Below are positions 37,072-48,255 of a stretch of 60,000 bases of DNA, in pieces; the first letter of the stretch is position 1; each line of letters starts with the position of its first letter. Origin of the DNA: Schmidtea polychroa (lineage: Eukaryota); assembly GCA_044892525.1 (NCBI GenBank), contig CM097885.1:46006001-46066000 (forward strand), in the 5' to 3' direction. The notes beneath the pieces are model-generated. The model saw nothing but the letters and a program-made list of their open reading frames with translations. It made no database searches and was not told where the DNA came from. Made by a program: the position numbers and the translations under genes.

Positions 37072-37562
37072 AATTAATTTATAAAAATCATCTGTAAATT
37101 CAAAGTCTAAATATTCATTACTATAAACATTTTGAGAATGAATATGATTTTTTTTTCTGGAGTTATATATAAAGTAAAGTTGTGTTTATTAATTGTTATT
37201 ATTTGATATCCTTCAGGATTAATATTAAATATAGGTTTAATTGAATCAGATAAACCCTCTCTAATTTTAGGATCAACTTTAAGAGGTTTTGTATTTGAAA
37301 GTATTTCTTCTTCTTCTACACCTGAGAGTTTTCTACGTTTTCTTTGATTCCTTTCGGTTGGTCCTTCTATGGCTTTAATACTTGGATTCTCTATAGTTTT
37401 AGGCTTTATGGCTTCTATAGCTTTAATTGTTGGTTGTTGTTGTTGTGTCATTTCTTCATTTGCTGTTATAGATTCACTATGTTGGGTTATATCTTTTATA
37501 TTATACTTGTCTTATTCTGATTGTAATTTTTTTAAAAGTGCTAATCTTTCTTCATATACCAT
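37072..37562 (-). pseudogene. 5' half of the Polinton gene split by the LTR element (frameshifted)
   Basis: Contains ORF 37107-37451; alternate frame SQNVYSNEYLDFEFTDDFYKLIC abuts the TSD. Confidence 0.65.
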
Positions 37563-38079
37563 TTTTATAAGGTTTTAAATACAACCCTTTACCATTTTTA
37601 GTTTTAGAGAGGCATCCATTCTTTAAAGATTTACATATTTTTTTTAAATCATCTTTATCTTTTGAATATAAAGATTCAGATGTAGAAATTTGATTTTTTA
37701 AAAAATCATTTAAACCTCTACCTTTATATGGATCGAGATATAAACCTCGACCTTTATATGGATTGAGATATAACCCCTTACCCTTCTTTTTCATTGAATC
37801 GATTTCAGTTTGTAATTTTTCTTTTTCTAGGTCTGTCTTTTGAGATTCTTTAGCTTTTTGAACTGTAGTTGCAATTCCTCCAGCTATTCCAGCTGCACCT
37901 GATAAACCTGCAATGATTGCAGGTATTAAAGCCATTAGAGGAAGAATCCCTCCAGTCTTCAGTCTTTCTTTAACCTGTTCTTTTACATGTTTTCCAATAA
38001 AATATTTTTTTCCATCAATTACTACTGATTTATTTTTATTTGAATTTATTAATTCTTGTAAAGATTCTTCAGTTGTCAT
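37552..38079 (-). CDS. Polinton virion core/membrane-active protein with GxGLYLxPY repeats
   Basis: GGILPLMALIPAIIAGLSGAAGIAGGIA amphipathic segment; GKGLYLNPYKGRGLYLDPYKGRGL; ATG at 38079. Confidence 0.8.
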   Translation of the reverse strand: MTTEESLQELINSNKNKSVVIDGKKYFIGKHVKEQVKERLKTGGILPLMALIPAIIAGLSGAAGIAGGIATTVQKAKESQKTDLEKEKLQTEIDSMKKKGKGLYLNPYKGRGLYLDPYKGRGLNDFLKNQISTSESLYSKDKDDLKKICKSLKNGCLSKTKNGKGLYLKPYKNGI

Positions 38080-38095
38080 TTTATAATAAATAAAA

Positions 38096-38878
38096 ATGGA
38101 TACTTGGAAACCAATTTTAACTCGACACAAGAGTAAATTTAATAATAAATTATTTCCTGATAATTTTAGATTATTAATCGTTGGGTCTTCAGGTTGTGGA
38201 AAGAATGTACTTCTTTTGAGAATATTACTAGAAGGTTTTTTAGATTATAATAATTTAATCTTTTATTCTACAACCATAAATCAACCAGAGTTACAACTTT
38301 TGAAATGTGGATTTGAAAATAAATTAACTAAAAAAGCTATAATTGATATTTTTAAAAATCAACATAGATGTCCTGACGAGGTTTTTCAACCTTGTGATAT
38401 GATTGATTGGTATAAGGAAAAGATTTTAGAATCAGATATTGATAATAAAAATGATTACATCTCTGAAAATGAATGGATTAAAGTTTTATTCTCTAATAAA
38501 CCTGAAGATGTTTTACATTGTGATTTACTTCCTAAAGATGTAAAGAATTTAGTTATATTTGATGATGTTGTCAATATGAAAAACCAAGAGATTCAAAAGA
38601 GTTACTTTACACGAGGGAGGCATAATAATTGTAATGTTATTTAAATATCTCAAACTTATTATGCTTTAGATAAAAACTCTATAAGAAATAATTCTAATTG
38701 TTTTATATTTTTTAAATTAGAAAAGCGTGATAAGAATATGATTTATAGTGATTTATTTTCAAATGTTGAACCTGATAAGCAAATGTTTGATATGTTTGTA
38801 GATAATCATTGGAAAGAAAAATATAATTATATTCATTTGGATAGAGAAGAAGGTGAAATATGGAAATGTTTATTTTAG
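38096..38878 (+). pseudogene. A32/FtsK-like packaging ATPase with one premature stop
   Basis: Walker A GSSGCGK, Walker B LVIFDD, RGRHNN; TAA at 38642-38644, then in-frame ISQTYY...IRNNSN to TAG at 38876-38878. Confidence 0.92.
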
Positions 38879-38889
38879 AGCTTGTCGAC

Positions 38890-39200
38890 TTAGAAATCTG
38901 TTTTCTGTAGTTCATTATTATAAAATCTACCTAATATTTTTTCATTATTTTCATCGATGATGCTATATGTTATTGGAATTGTATAATGTATTTTATTTAT
39001 AATAAAAATTTCATTTGTCCATTTTGCTGTGAATCCTTTTTCAAATTTATTTTTATATTTAAATATTCTTACTCGGTCACCAATTTTAAACTTTGGTTTT
39101 TCATTTACCACTTTAACGGTTTCAGGATTTATAAGTTTTAAAGGATTCAAGGAAGCATTTAAAGGTGTTGATTTTATAGAACTATGTACATCATTATTAT
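38890..39200 (-). pseudogene. Polinton integrase, C-terminal part
   Basis: YNNDVHSSIKSTP...KFKIGDRVRI...FEKGFTAKWTNEIF...GRFYNNELQ. Confidence 0.9.
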
Positions 39201-41612
39201 AGTTATGATGTCCTCAACTTCTAAATTCATAAAATAAATCAATAATAATTCAATAAAATATATTTTTCAAAAACACACTACAACGAATATTATTCAAACA
39301 AAACTTTACATAACTCTCCCCTTCTTTAAGGAACTGCCCATCTCTTAAGCCATTCAATTCGTCTGAGTTTCTTTGTCGTCCCGTCACTCAATTCCACCTG
39401 GTGTTCTGACAAAAACTTTGATATGACAAACGGACCTTCATACTGTAGTCCATCTTTGTCGCGATTATGTGGTTCTTTCCGAACTAATACTTTCTCCCCC
39501 ACCGTGAAACATCGATTCGTTCTCTTCTCTGTTTCCATCTCTTTCATTCGTTTAGCTGCTTTCTCACTGTTCTCTCTTACCAATCTATGTATCTCAACTG
39601 TATCCAATGTCGTCTGAGGCAATGTTGAATGAGGGTTAATCTTCCTCCCAAAAACAATTTCAAATGGAGAAAGTCCCGTCGCGCTCTGTTGTGTCACGTT
39701 GATACAAAATTCTACTCGAGGAAGTAACTCCGCCCAATTTCGCTCTCCTAGTCCACCTGCTAATGAGGTCGCCAGCAAGTCTCTGACTGTCCGTATTGTT
39801 CTCTCAACTAAACCGTTAGATTGATGCTGATATGGTGAACTGAACTGTTGCGTAATACCCAGTCTTCCTAGATTTGTTTTCATAAAACCACTATCGAAGT
39901 TCTTCCCTCTGTCTGACAGACAATTTCGCGGTTTTTTGAAACGGTATATCCACTTCTCCAATATGGCTTTGAAAATCGATCTCTCGTCTTGTCTCTCCAG
40001 TGCGGTCAGACTGACCATTTTGCTAAAACGATCAATGATAACTAGCATATACTTGTACACTCCACCATTCTTCATGTGTGCTATATCAATGACCAACTGT
40101 TCTAAAAATTCTGAACTTATTATCGGCAACAATCGTTCCTTTGTCTTCTCCTGCACTATTTTCCTTCTGCAGCATATCTCACATACTCTCAAACAGTTTT
40201 GTATAGTTTCTTGCATGTTTGGCCAAAAAAATATTTTGCTCATATAGCTAATTAATTTCTTTACTCCAATGTGACACATTTCAGTATGTATTCCTTTAAC
40301 TAACGTATTTTAGTAGTCTATCGGCACCAGGATGACATCTTTACCATTCTTCTCTAATAATAAAAACCCATCTTCTAATTTTATGTTGTTATGCAAATTG
40401 AAAGGAAATTTCTTTTTATTCAAGTTATCTTTTTTCTCTTCTCCCTGTAACACTCTTGTCATGTGAATGAAATCTACATCATCTTGTTGCTTTTCTAAGA
40501 GTATTGTCATTGACTCAGTCTTCTGTAATGAGCTGATATGTCTTACTCTGGCTTTTTCTTCTTTTGCGTCTTCATGTCTAGTCTGGCATTGTGCACATAG
40601 AATCCCTTAAATCCTTGATATTCCGTCCGCATTTCCATGTTCCTCACCATGTTGAGTGCATCATTCTTTGAAACGTCGCAGGGGCTGTTGCTAGTCCAAA
40701 AGGAAGTCGGTTAAAACAAAATTGTCCTTGCCTTGTACTGAAAGCCGTGACCTCTTGAATTTCCTTCGCCATTCCAACTTGATAATATGCTTGACCTAGA
40801 TCGATGGATGTGAAATATTTTGAATCTGCCAGACAATCCTGTAGAAATCATATATCTGGAATTGGAAAAGATATCTTTTCAGTGATCGCATTCAACCCTC
40901 TATAGTTGACACACATCCTTATTGATCCATCTTTCTTAGCCACAATCACTAGTGGCGCGTTCCATGCACTTTTGCATTTTCAAATAACTCTCGCTTCTAA
41001 TAAGTTTGTGACAAGTTCGTCAAGCTTTTGTTCTAAATGCATTGGTTGTCTTCTTGGCTGTAACATTACAGGCCCACCTACTATATTCATTTCATGCTGA
41101 ACAACTTTCGTAAACCCGAGATCAAAAGTTGAAGCCATAAAAATACCTTTGAACTTCCGTAGCAATATGTCTAACTGTTCATTCTTCCTGTCTCCAAGCA
41201 TTAATAATGCTTTCTCTTCTCGTTGTGAGTCCACATATGTCCTCCCTACTTGTGACGCTTCAATATTGTCTACCTCTACCAGTTGAATACCAAATCTCTC
41301 CATTGTATCTACACCCCCAATGAAATCTGGACGTATATCTTTGACAACTATAACATTAATAATTCTTTTTTTCACATTCCAATCAGCTTCTATCGTCATT
41401 GCTCCTAACGGTCTTTCTTTTCCCGTCGAAAATACTCCACAAAGAGAAATTGTGCTCTGCTTCAACCTCGGTTTCCCGATCTTTGTCCAACTTTTTTCAC
41501 TCATAACTGATACTGACGCTCCAGAGTCCCAAAGCATGTCAATCGCCGTCATGTTTATTACAATCTTACTCCACTTTCTTCTGTCTGTCGTCTCATACAT
41601 CGTCTGCATCAT
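39201..41612 (-). mobile_element. 5'-truncated, internally deleted Ty3/gypsy element with a 115-bp 3' LTR (39201-39315)
   Basis: Protease LWDSGA; partial RT (FGLATAPATFQ) joined to the RNase H end (GNADGISR) near 40655; integrase ORF 39326-40279; PPT AGAAGGGGAG; LTR bounded by AGTTATG/CATAACT. Confidence 0.88.
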
Positions 41613-42431
41613 GTATATGCTTCTGTAATAGAATATCCTGTTTTGGTTTCTAAACATCTTGCAAAAGCAAATCTCGTATATAAATCTATTACTGTTAAAA
41701 TTATTTTATATTTTTCAGGGTCTGATGATTTGGTTGGCATAAAGACTAAATCAGCAGACCAAGTATGATCTTTTTCATGTACTTGAACTTTTAAATATTT
41801 TTTATTTTTTCTAAATTCATGGTGTAATTCGTTGGCATATTTTATTTGTGATTCTGTTGGGAATAATAAACTAGTCTTGGATGCACTCTCGAGTTGATTC
41901 TCAATCTCTGCTTGTTGAATTATCTTTTTATTAGCAACATCTTTTGCTATTCTAGGGTGTCCAGCTCCAAAGGTGGCTCCGGCTCCAAAAAAGACCTTAC
42001 CTTTCATTGCTAATTTAACTAGAACTCTTTGAATCTTTTCTTGGGTTGATGGGTTTTGGATACTATTTAAATCATGTATTAAATTAACATCTGCAAGGTG
42101 TCTATCCCTAAGGTTTTCAGAATAATAAGCAATATCATGTTTTAAAGCTGCTTGATCAATTCTATTCACTGGTTCTTCTCCGGGTTTGGGATTATTATTT
42201 TCATCTAATCTAAGGTCTAGACGTGTTCCAGGTCCAGTAAAATTGTGATGGAATAAATGTCTTTCACCTGGATATTTTTCAATTGTAAAGGGTTTTAATA
42301 TAGAAGATGTTGTTTTTGAAGATTGTAAGTCTCCTCCCAATCGAGATGTATGTTTTTTTAGTTTTAACATGACTTGCTTTATGATGTTTTCTAACTTGAC
42401 AATTACAAATTTCACATTTCCAATAAGACAT
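41613..42431 (-). pseudogene. Polinton integrase N-terminal part fused to a C2H2 finger and parvovirus-type phospholipase A2
   Basis: MSYWKCEICNC...HVKTKKH (one extra A near 42355); NFTGPGT...NRIDQAALKHDIAY; WSADLVFM...ILTVIDLYTRFAF. Confidence 0.88.
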
Positions 42432-42446
42432 TTTAAAAGTTAAAAA

Positions 42447-43718
42447 CTATGAATCTCCTCGTACATTTTCAATTATTGAAATCTTTCCACCATATAATTT
42501 CATTTCTATTTTCTTTTCTTCTAATATTAATGTATATACTTTAGCTTTAAAATTAGAATCCTTTGTTATATGAAGTGTAACATCAACATTATTTATGGCT
42601 AGACGATCATCTTGATCTGATACATTTATACAAAATATAGAATATAAATTTTTGAAATCTTCTAAACTTAATTGTGGTTCAACTTTAAAATCATAACATG
42701 TTTCAATATAATTTAGATATGGGAATATGTTTTCATTATTTTCAATATTAAATTCCATTCTATTTATTGGATAATAAGAACTATTTAATTGAATTTGTAT
42801 TGATTTTAAATTATCATCTCCAATCTTTTGAATAAACAAGTTGTTATTTTTTTGGAAAGATGAATCTACTTCTTTGAATCCAATTAAGATATATCTTGGT
42901 CGGTATGCTAAATTTGCTACCTTTATAGAATATGTTGAACCCTCTGTCATACTAAATTCACTGCAGACTCTATTTAAATAATTTACATTTATAGATTTGT
43001 TGGAATTTAATCTTTCAAGGAGTTTAATTTCAGATTGAGGATTTAAAGTCCATTCAGGTATATGTAATTCAAGTGTTGATAATTTTAATTTAGCTTTTGT
43101 ATCTACACCTCCATAGAACAATCTTTTATCACCTTCTATTCTATTACAGGTTAATTCTATAAAAACATTATGAAGTATACGGTTATAGTTTTGAACGAAT
43201 CCAAATAAGTGTTTTAATTCAAAATAACCTTCAAATTTTTTAGATTTATAAAGTTCAACTCTTTTATAGTATCCAAAATTTACATCTAAACCATCTTTAT
43301 CTAAATCCCCTTTATTAACATCAGGAATCCAACCTGTTAATTCTCCATATTCATTTTTATAATCACAACCTGTTAATATAAAATTTAACATTGTAGAATA
43401 TACTCCTGGATGTAAAACAGTTTCAATTTCTGATGATCCTAGTTTTAATCTCATGTTACTGAATAAGTTTGGAAAGAAATTGTTTTCCAAGGTTATATTT
43501 TTATTAGCTTCAATTTCTAATTCAATTTTGTAATATAATTTTGCATTACAAACATCTATAGGATTTGATGTTTGAAGAGATTGAAAAACTATATCACCTC
43601 TACGATTTAAGTTTGCAATAGATCCCGAGGTTGGAGAGATTTTTAAAATATCAATTTTTTTTATTTCATGCATAAATTCTTTATTGTAATCAAGATTTAA
43701 TTTATTTTTATTAGTCAT
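42447..43718 (-). CDS. Major capsid protein (double jelly roll)
   Basis: Intact 423 aa, beta-rich; RPRYILIGF, IQIQLNSSYYP and FKNLYSIFCINVS resemble Polinton MCP motifs. Confidence 0.9.
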   Translation of the reverse strand: MTNKNKLNLDYNKEFMHEIKKIDILKISPTSGSIANLNRRGDIVFQSLQTSNPIDVCNAKLYYKIELEIEANKNITLENNFFPNLFSNMRLKLGSSEIETVLHPGVYSTMLNFILTGCDYKNEYGELTGWIPDVNKGDLDKDGLDVNFGYYKRVELYKSKKFEGYFELKHLFGFVQNYNRILHNVFIELTCNRIEGDKRLFYGGVDTKAKLKLSTLELHIPEWTLNPQSEIKLLERLNSNKSINVNYLNRVCSEFSMTEGSTYSIKVANLAYRPRYILIGFKEVDSSFQKNNNLFIQKIGDDNLKSIQIQLNSSYYPINRMEFNIENNENIFPYLNYIETCYDFKVEPQLSLEDFKNLYSIFCINVSDQDDRLAINNVDVTLHITKDSNFKAKVYTLILEEKKIEMKLYGGKISIIENVRGDS

Positions 43719-44383
43719 TTTTTATATTACTAAATTAGCAATTGCGCAGCTTGCTAGTTTTTAAGATTTAAAATTTTTAGAATTTTATAAATATAAAATT
43801 TTAAAAAATGACAAAAATCCGAACCCTGACACAGTGGTTCAAATGGATAGTGGTTCAAATCCCAACTAACATTATTTTTTTTCAACATAAAATAATATTA
43901 AAAATTTGAAAATAATTTTTGAAAATAGTGTGGGTATCTTAGGAAATACATCTTGTATATTTTATTTTTTTATTAATTAATTAATTTTTAAACATAAATA
44001 TGAAAAAAAAATTATTGAAACGGGTGTGGTGGCGAACCGGTAATTATCGCCACCAGTCTTTCGAACACACCCCGGATCGATCCCATAATGTGCACATTTA
44101 TTTCTCAGTTGTTTTCGGACCTCTTTCGGATTCGCTTTCGAATTCATTTGTACTTTCGAGCAGCACGCTTAAAACCGAGAAGCTGCTATTATCGAATTGA
44201 TTCTGATGTATGAGTCTGGCCAGCTTGTATATTGGAAGAGATTTGATAAACGAAAGAGGTTGAAATGATCCGGATCAAAAAAACTGTTGAGAGGACAGTG
44301 AAAAAAAAACAAATACCACTGTCCTCTCAGAGCAGTTTTACTATTTCATAAATTTTTTTATTCTTCAAGGCATCAAGATTAAG

Positions 44384-44642
44384 ATTTAAAAATTTATGTT
44401 TTTATAGTAGTGGATGTATGGCCTTCACGGACACATTTCATGTTTCCCCCTTCGATCGCTTGGTCCGTAAGGTCTAGGGCCTGTGAGGTTTTGGATTGGT
44501 GTATTTGAGGGTTTTATGACTAAAAGATGTAAAAATAGGGGGTTAAAAGATGAAAAAGTTTAGTTTTTTAGGCTGAATGTGAAGGGGTTTGACGTTGGAG
44601 GCTAGGGTGGGTTGGGTCCGTGAAGGCCATACATCCACTACT
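44384..44642 (-). repeat. Polinton right TIR
   Basis: Inverse of the left TIR, followed by TSD TATTAT. Confidence 0.95.
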
Positions 44643-47067
44643 TATTATAGTTAATTTTCATTTAATTTATTTGAATTTTAATTTCGCTTAGGTACTTTGA
44701 GTTCTAGGCCAGGAGTTAAATTTGACGCCCCTATGGTTTTGCTACATCTCCGCAACTATATTCACCAACTCCTGAAAATGGCTTTGCTTAAAAGATTTGT
44801 ATATGAAAAACCCTTTGATTCCTGCTAACGAGATGAACTAAATGTTGGTTGACCGAGGATTGTTCAAATTCTTATACAGCCAACATAGTGAAAGTGTAAC
44901 AGGACTAATCATTATAAGCATAACAATTAACAAAACAGTAAAGCAAAAGATAAAATGACCCAGAAAATAAATTCACTAAAGGTTGCTCTCCAGATAGTAG
45001 TATTTCCGAAAAAGGACTCATGGTGTGTTACATGTAAACGATAAATATTCTCCCTTGTTGTTTCCAGCGTAACCCATGGAATTGTAATGTAAAAGAATGG
45101 TTATTTAGGAGGATTTCCTCCTGTGAATTACAATGAGAAGCTAATAAGTTATTTCCCCGAATTTTGACTGGACAAATGTATGTGTACCAGTTTACAATAA
45201 TCAACGGTATAAATCAAACACTTATCCTTGAGGTTCAAAATGACAAGCTGAATAGAAGCTTGCAGTCGGAATCAGATCATTCGCAAGACATTTTTTGTTC
45301 TAGTTTTTTTACTTTTGTTCTACCTTATACGACAGTAATATATTTTGTAACTGAAATTTAAAGACCAACTAACTATTGCTTTCTTAGATTTGTGGGGATT
45401 GTCACGGTAACTTGATTGCTAAAAAGTTAAGATTTCGTCTATGAGTTCGCTGATTTTATATCACCTAGAGCTCTACCGCTACGCGTGACTCAATTATTCA
45501 CCCAGATATCAGAGGTTTATGAGATAAGAGCGTATCCCCAGGCTTAGTGAACTGTTGGGTATTTATTACAACTCAATACTAATATCTAACTCCTGTGTAT
45601 CCTTATACAAATTAATTGAACAACCTCACATAATAACGTTTATTCATATTTATCACAATTGTTTACAACACTTTCTAGTGACACAATTTTCAATAACACC
45701 TTTAATCTGCATAATGTTCAATAAAACTTTCAATCTTTACAATTTTTTTTACAATTATTCTAACCTTTCGCGCTAGGATAGATTTTCTGGATTTCCTTTC
45801 TGGTACGCTCAGAATCAATTGAATATTGGCTGACTCTAACATTTATTACTTCCAATGAATTACCTCTTAACTACTTTAAATTATTTTCGACCAACTGGCA
45901 ATTTTACTAGCTTGTCTCCTCTTTTTATATTGCTCTCATAATTGAATCCTTTGTTCTTTATAAATTGATATAAGGGCATCTCTTGAATTTGCTAGTTTGA
46001 TTTACTAAATTTGTTGCCAATATGGAGGTCACAGAGAAATTTCATTATCTTTTAATTGAAGTTGGATTCCCTTCATCTATGGTTTTCCTTTATTCCTCAA
46101 CTCTAAATAAACAATTTTGTTGACGACCCATTTACCACACTATTCTGCCACACTATTCTACCACACCTTTTTCTTTAAATATTTCCTTTTTGGGACCCCC
46201 CGTTTTATTTTATTTCATTAAATTTAAATTCGTTTCATTATTTGTCATATGCCCATACCAGTTTCCCCGCAAAATATTTATTTTTGAATGTTTTAGATTT
46301 TTAATTAATTTTTGCAAATTTAATTATTATTTTTGATTTTGATGTTTTCACTTATAAATTTTCACTCAATTTTTGTGCTTTTTGTTTTTATTTTGCCTGT
46401 TTTGTCAAACCCAAACCGGATTTTTGCTATCCAATTAGTACCTTTGTCGTGGATATAGTTGAAATGTCCATGCCATACACTGATGTACACTGATACAATG
46501 ATTACTCATGGGTCAGAAAATGCGTTCATTGTGCATAACTGTTGTATGGGTTCGGCCAAACTATTATGGAGTTGTGATTTTAAGTCATGACTCGTCATTA
46601 TTCAGTTGTGATTACTGTTGGGATAAAACCTTCATGTGCTTAAGAACACTCAAGTAGTTCGGGAACTAAGTAAGAATTTAATTAGAAATTTAGAAAATCT
46701 GTTTCCAAATTTTAATAATATTTTATTAAAAAAAATTCAAAAAAAATTCAATGAAATAACAATTTAAAAATTCTACATGATTTGATTGAAAAAAATATTA
46801 CAAATTAAAAAATAGACAAAAAATATCGAAACTAAAACATTTGCTTAACGCAACTACTTAGGGAAGTTGACCATCATGAAAAATTACTTATATAAATAGA
46901 AGAATCTCCCAGAAAAATTCATGTTTTAATGCTCATTGTTATGTGTTATCTTATTTATTGTGAAATGAGATAATAAATTGTGATAATGATTGTTGGTTTG
47001 AGAACTTGTTGAACCTAACCGAGTCGCCTGTAAAAAATGTTGTCTCGGGGCAGTTAGAGTGCTTGTA

Positions 47068-47959
47068 CACCTAATTCCGAAATTTAGTAACTTCTATAAT
47101 CTAAAAAAATCAATAAATTTATAGTATAGGAACACACAAACTTACCTGTGTGTAGAAATTTATTTTCCGAAATTTAATAACTTTATTGTAGGATTTGTGA
47201 AGAAAAATAATTGAACATACCAACACAAAACACATAATGAAAAATGCATGCAAATTTATTATAGTTTTTGTTCCGAGATAAATAGCCATTAACATATTGT
47301 TAACATATTGTTAAAATATTATTTTGAAAATATTAAAAAATTATGCAGGAAAATCTTTTAATTTAGAATCCGACAGCTCTACTTTGGGCTTCATAGAAAA
47401 AGAAAATACATCGTAAAATTCAGTTATAAAATAATTTAGAATATAAACTTTCTTTAGATTTACAGATATTTCTCAAGATACACTGCTATTTCGTGAAGGT
47501 GGAAATCTGACAATGTAAGATTTATTCATTAAATTACAAAACATTAAAATTTGCAGAAAGAAATTCAAAATTCGTAAATTTAAATAAATTATTTTAATAA
47601 ATTAATATTTTCATAGATATACAGAAAAAGACAAAATTCGGCCTTTCCTTCTTTCATAATTGTATTAAAAAAATTAATGTCTTCGGTGATTAGTTAATTT
47701 ATTTATAGTCAAGAATATATCTAACTTACATTTTATCGAAATAATTCCAAATAAATTCATAAAATGTCATAAAATTCCTAAAAAAGCACCTGAAATTTAA
47801 TTATCAATATGTTATATTATAAATGCTGACTAACAGTAATATTTAAGAAATTGAATAAATGAAATTGAATAACTTAATTTTCACGTAAATGGTGACTCAC
47901 CTCAACTGGTGTGCACACCAACGTGAATTATAGAGGTTACTAAATTTCGGAATTGGGTG
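47068..47959. mobile_element. Non-autonomous TIR DNA transposon (TA TSD), copy 2
   Basis: TA|cacctaattccgaaatttagtaacttctataat ... attatagaggttactaaatttcggaattgggtg|TA; diverged homolog of 6210-7333 with internal deletions. Confidence 0.82.
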
Positions 47960-48255
47960 TATATGTTATGATAATAAAAATATACAATAACAATTAAATT
48001 AAATTAAAACTTTTATTAGAACAAAAAATAATAATAATACGCACTTTCTTACCAACGCTTTGTTAAATTGCTTAGTTATTTATACCTTCCTTGTTTTTTT
48101 ATATATTTGTACTGCTACGGTATTCCCATTCTTCGAGGTAATTTCGATATTTAGTTATAAGAATTAAGATGATTGAATTCTCCAAAAATTTCCGAGCTCA
48201 AAAATTCAATTGGTGAGTTATAAATTTGGATTTTTTTATCTTAATAATTTTCCAG

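Larger units (their letters stand above)
14569..44642. mobile_element. Polinton/Maverick (adintovirus-like endogenous virus), full-length, inactivated, with two nested LTR elements
   Basis: AGTAGT...ACTACT termini, ~260-bp TIRs, 6-bp TSD TATTAT (14563-14568, 44643-44648); pPolB, integrase, ATPase, protease, MCP and penton genes. Confidence 0.97.

Noticed and set aside
43830..43885. tRNA gene or Pol III promoter
   Set aside because: A-box and B-box-like motifs are only a few nt apart and there is no cloverleaf.
44700..46300. Possible retroelement remnant right of the Polinton
   Set aside because: No recognisable motif or termini that I can support.
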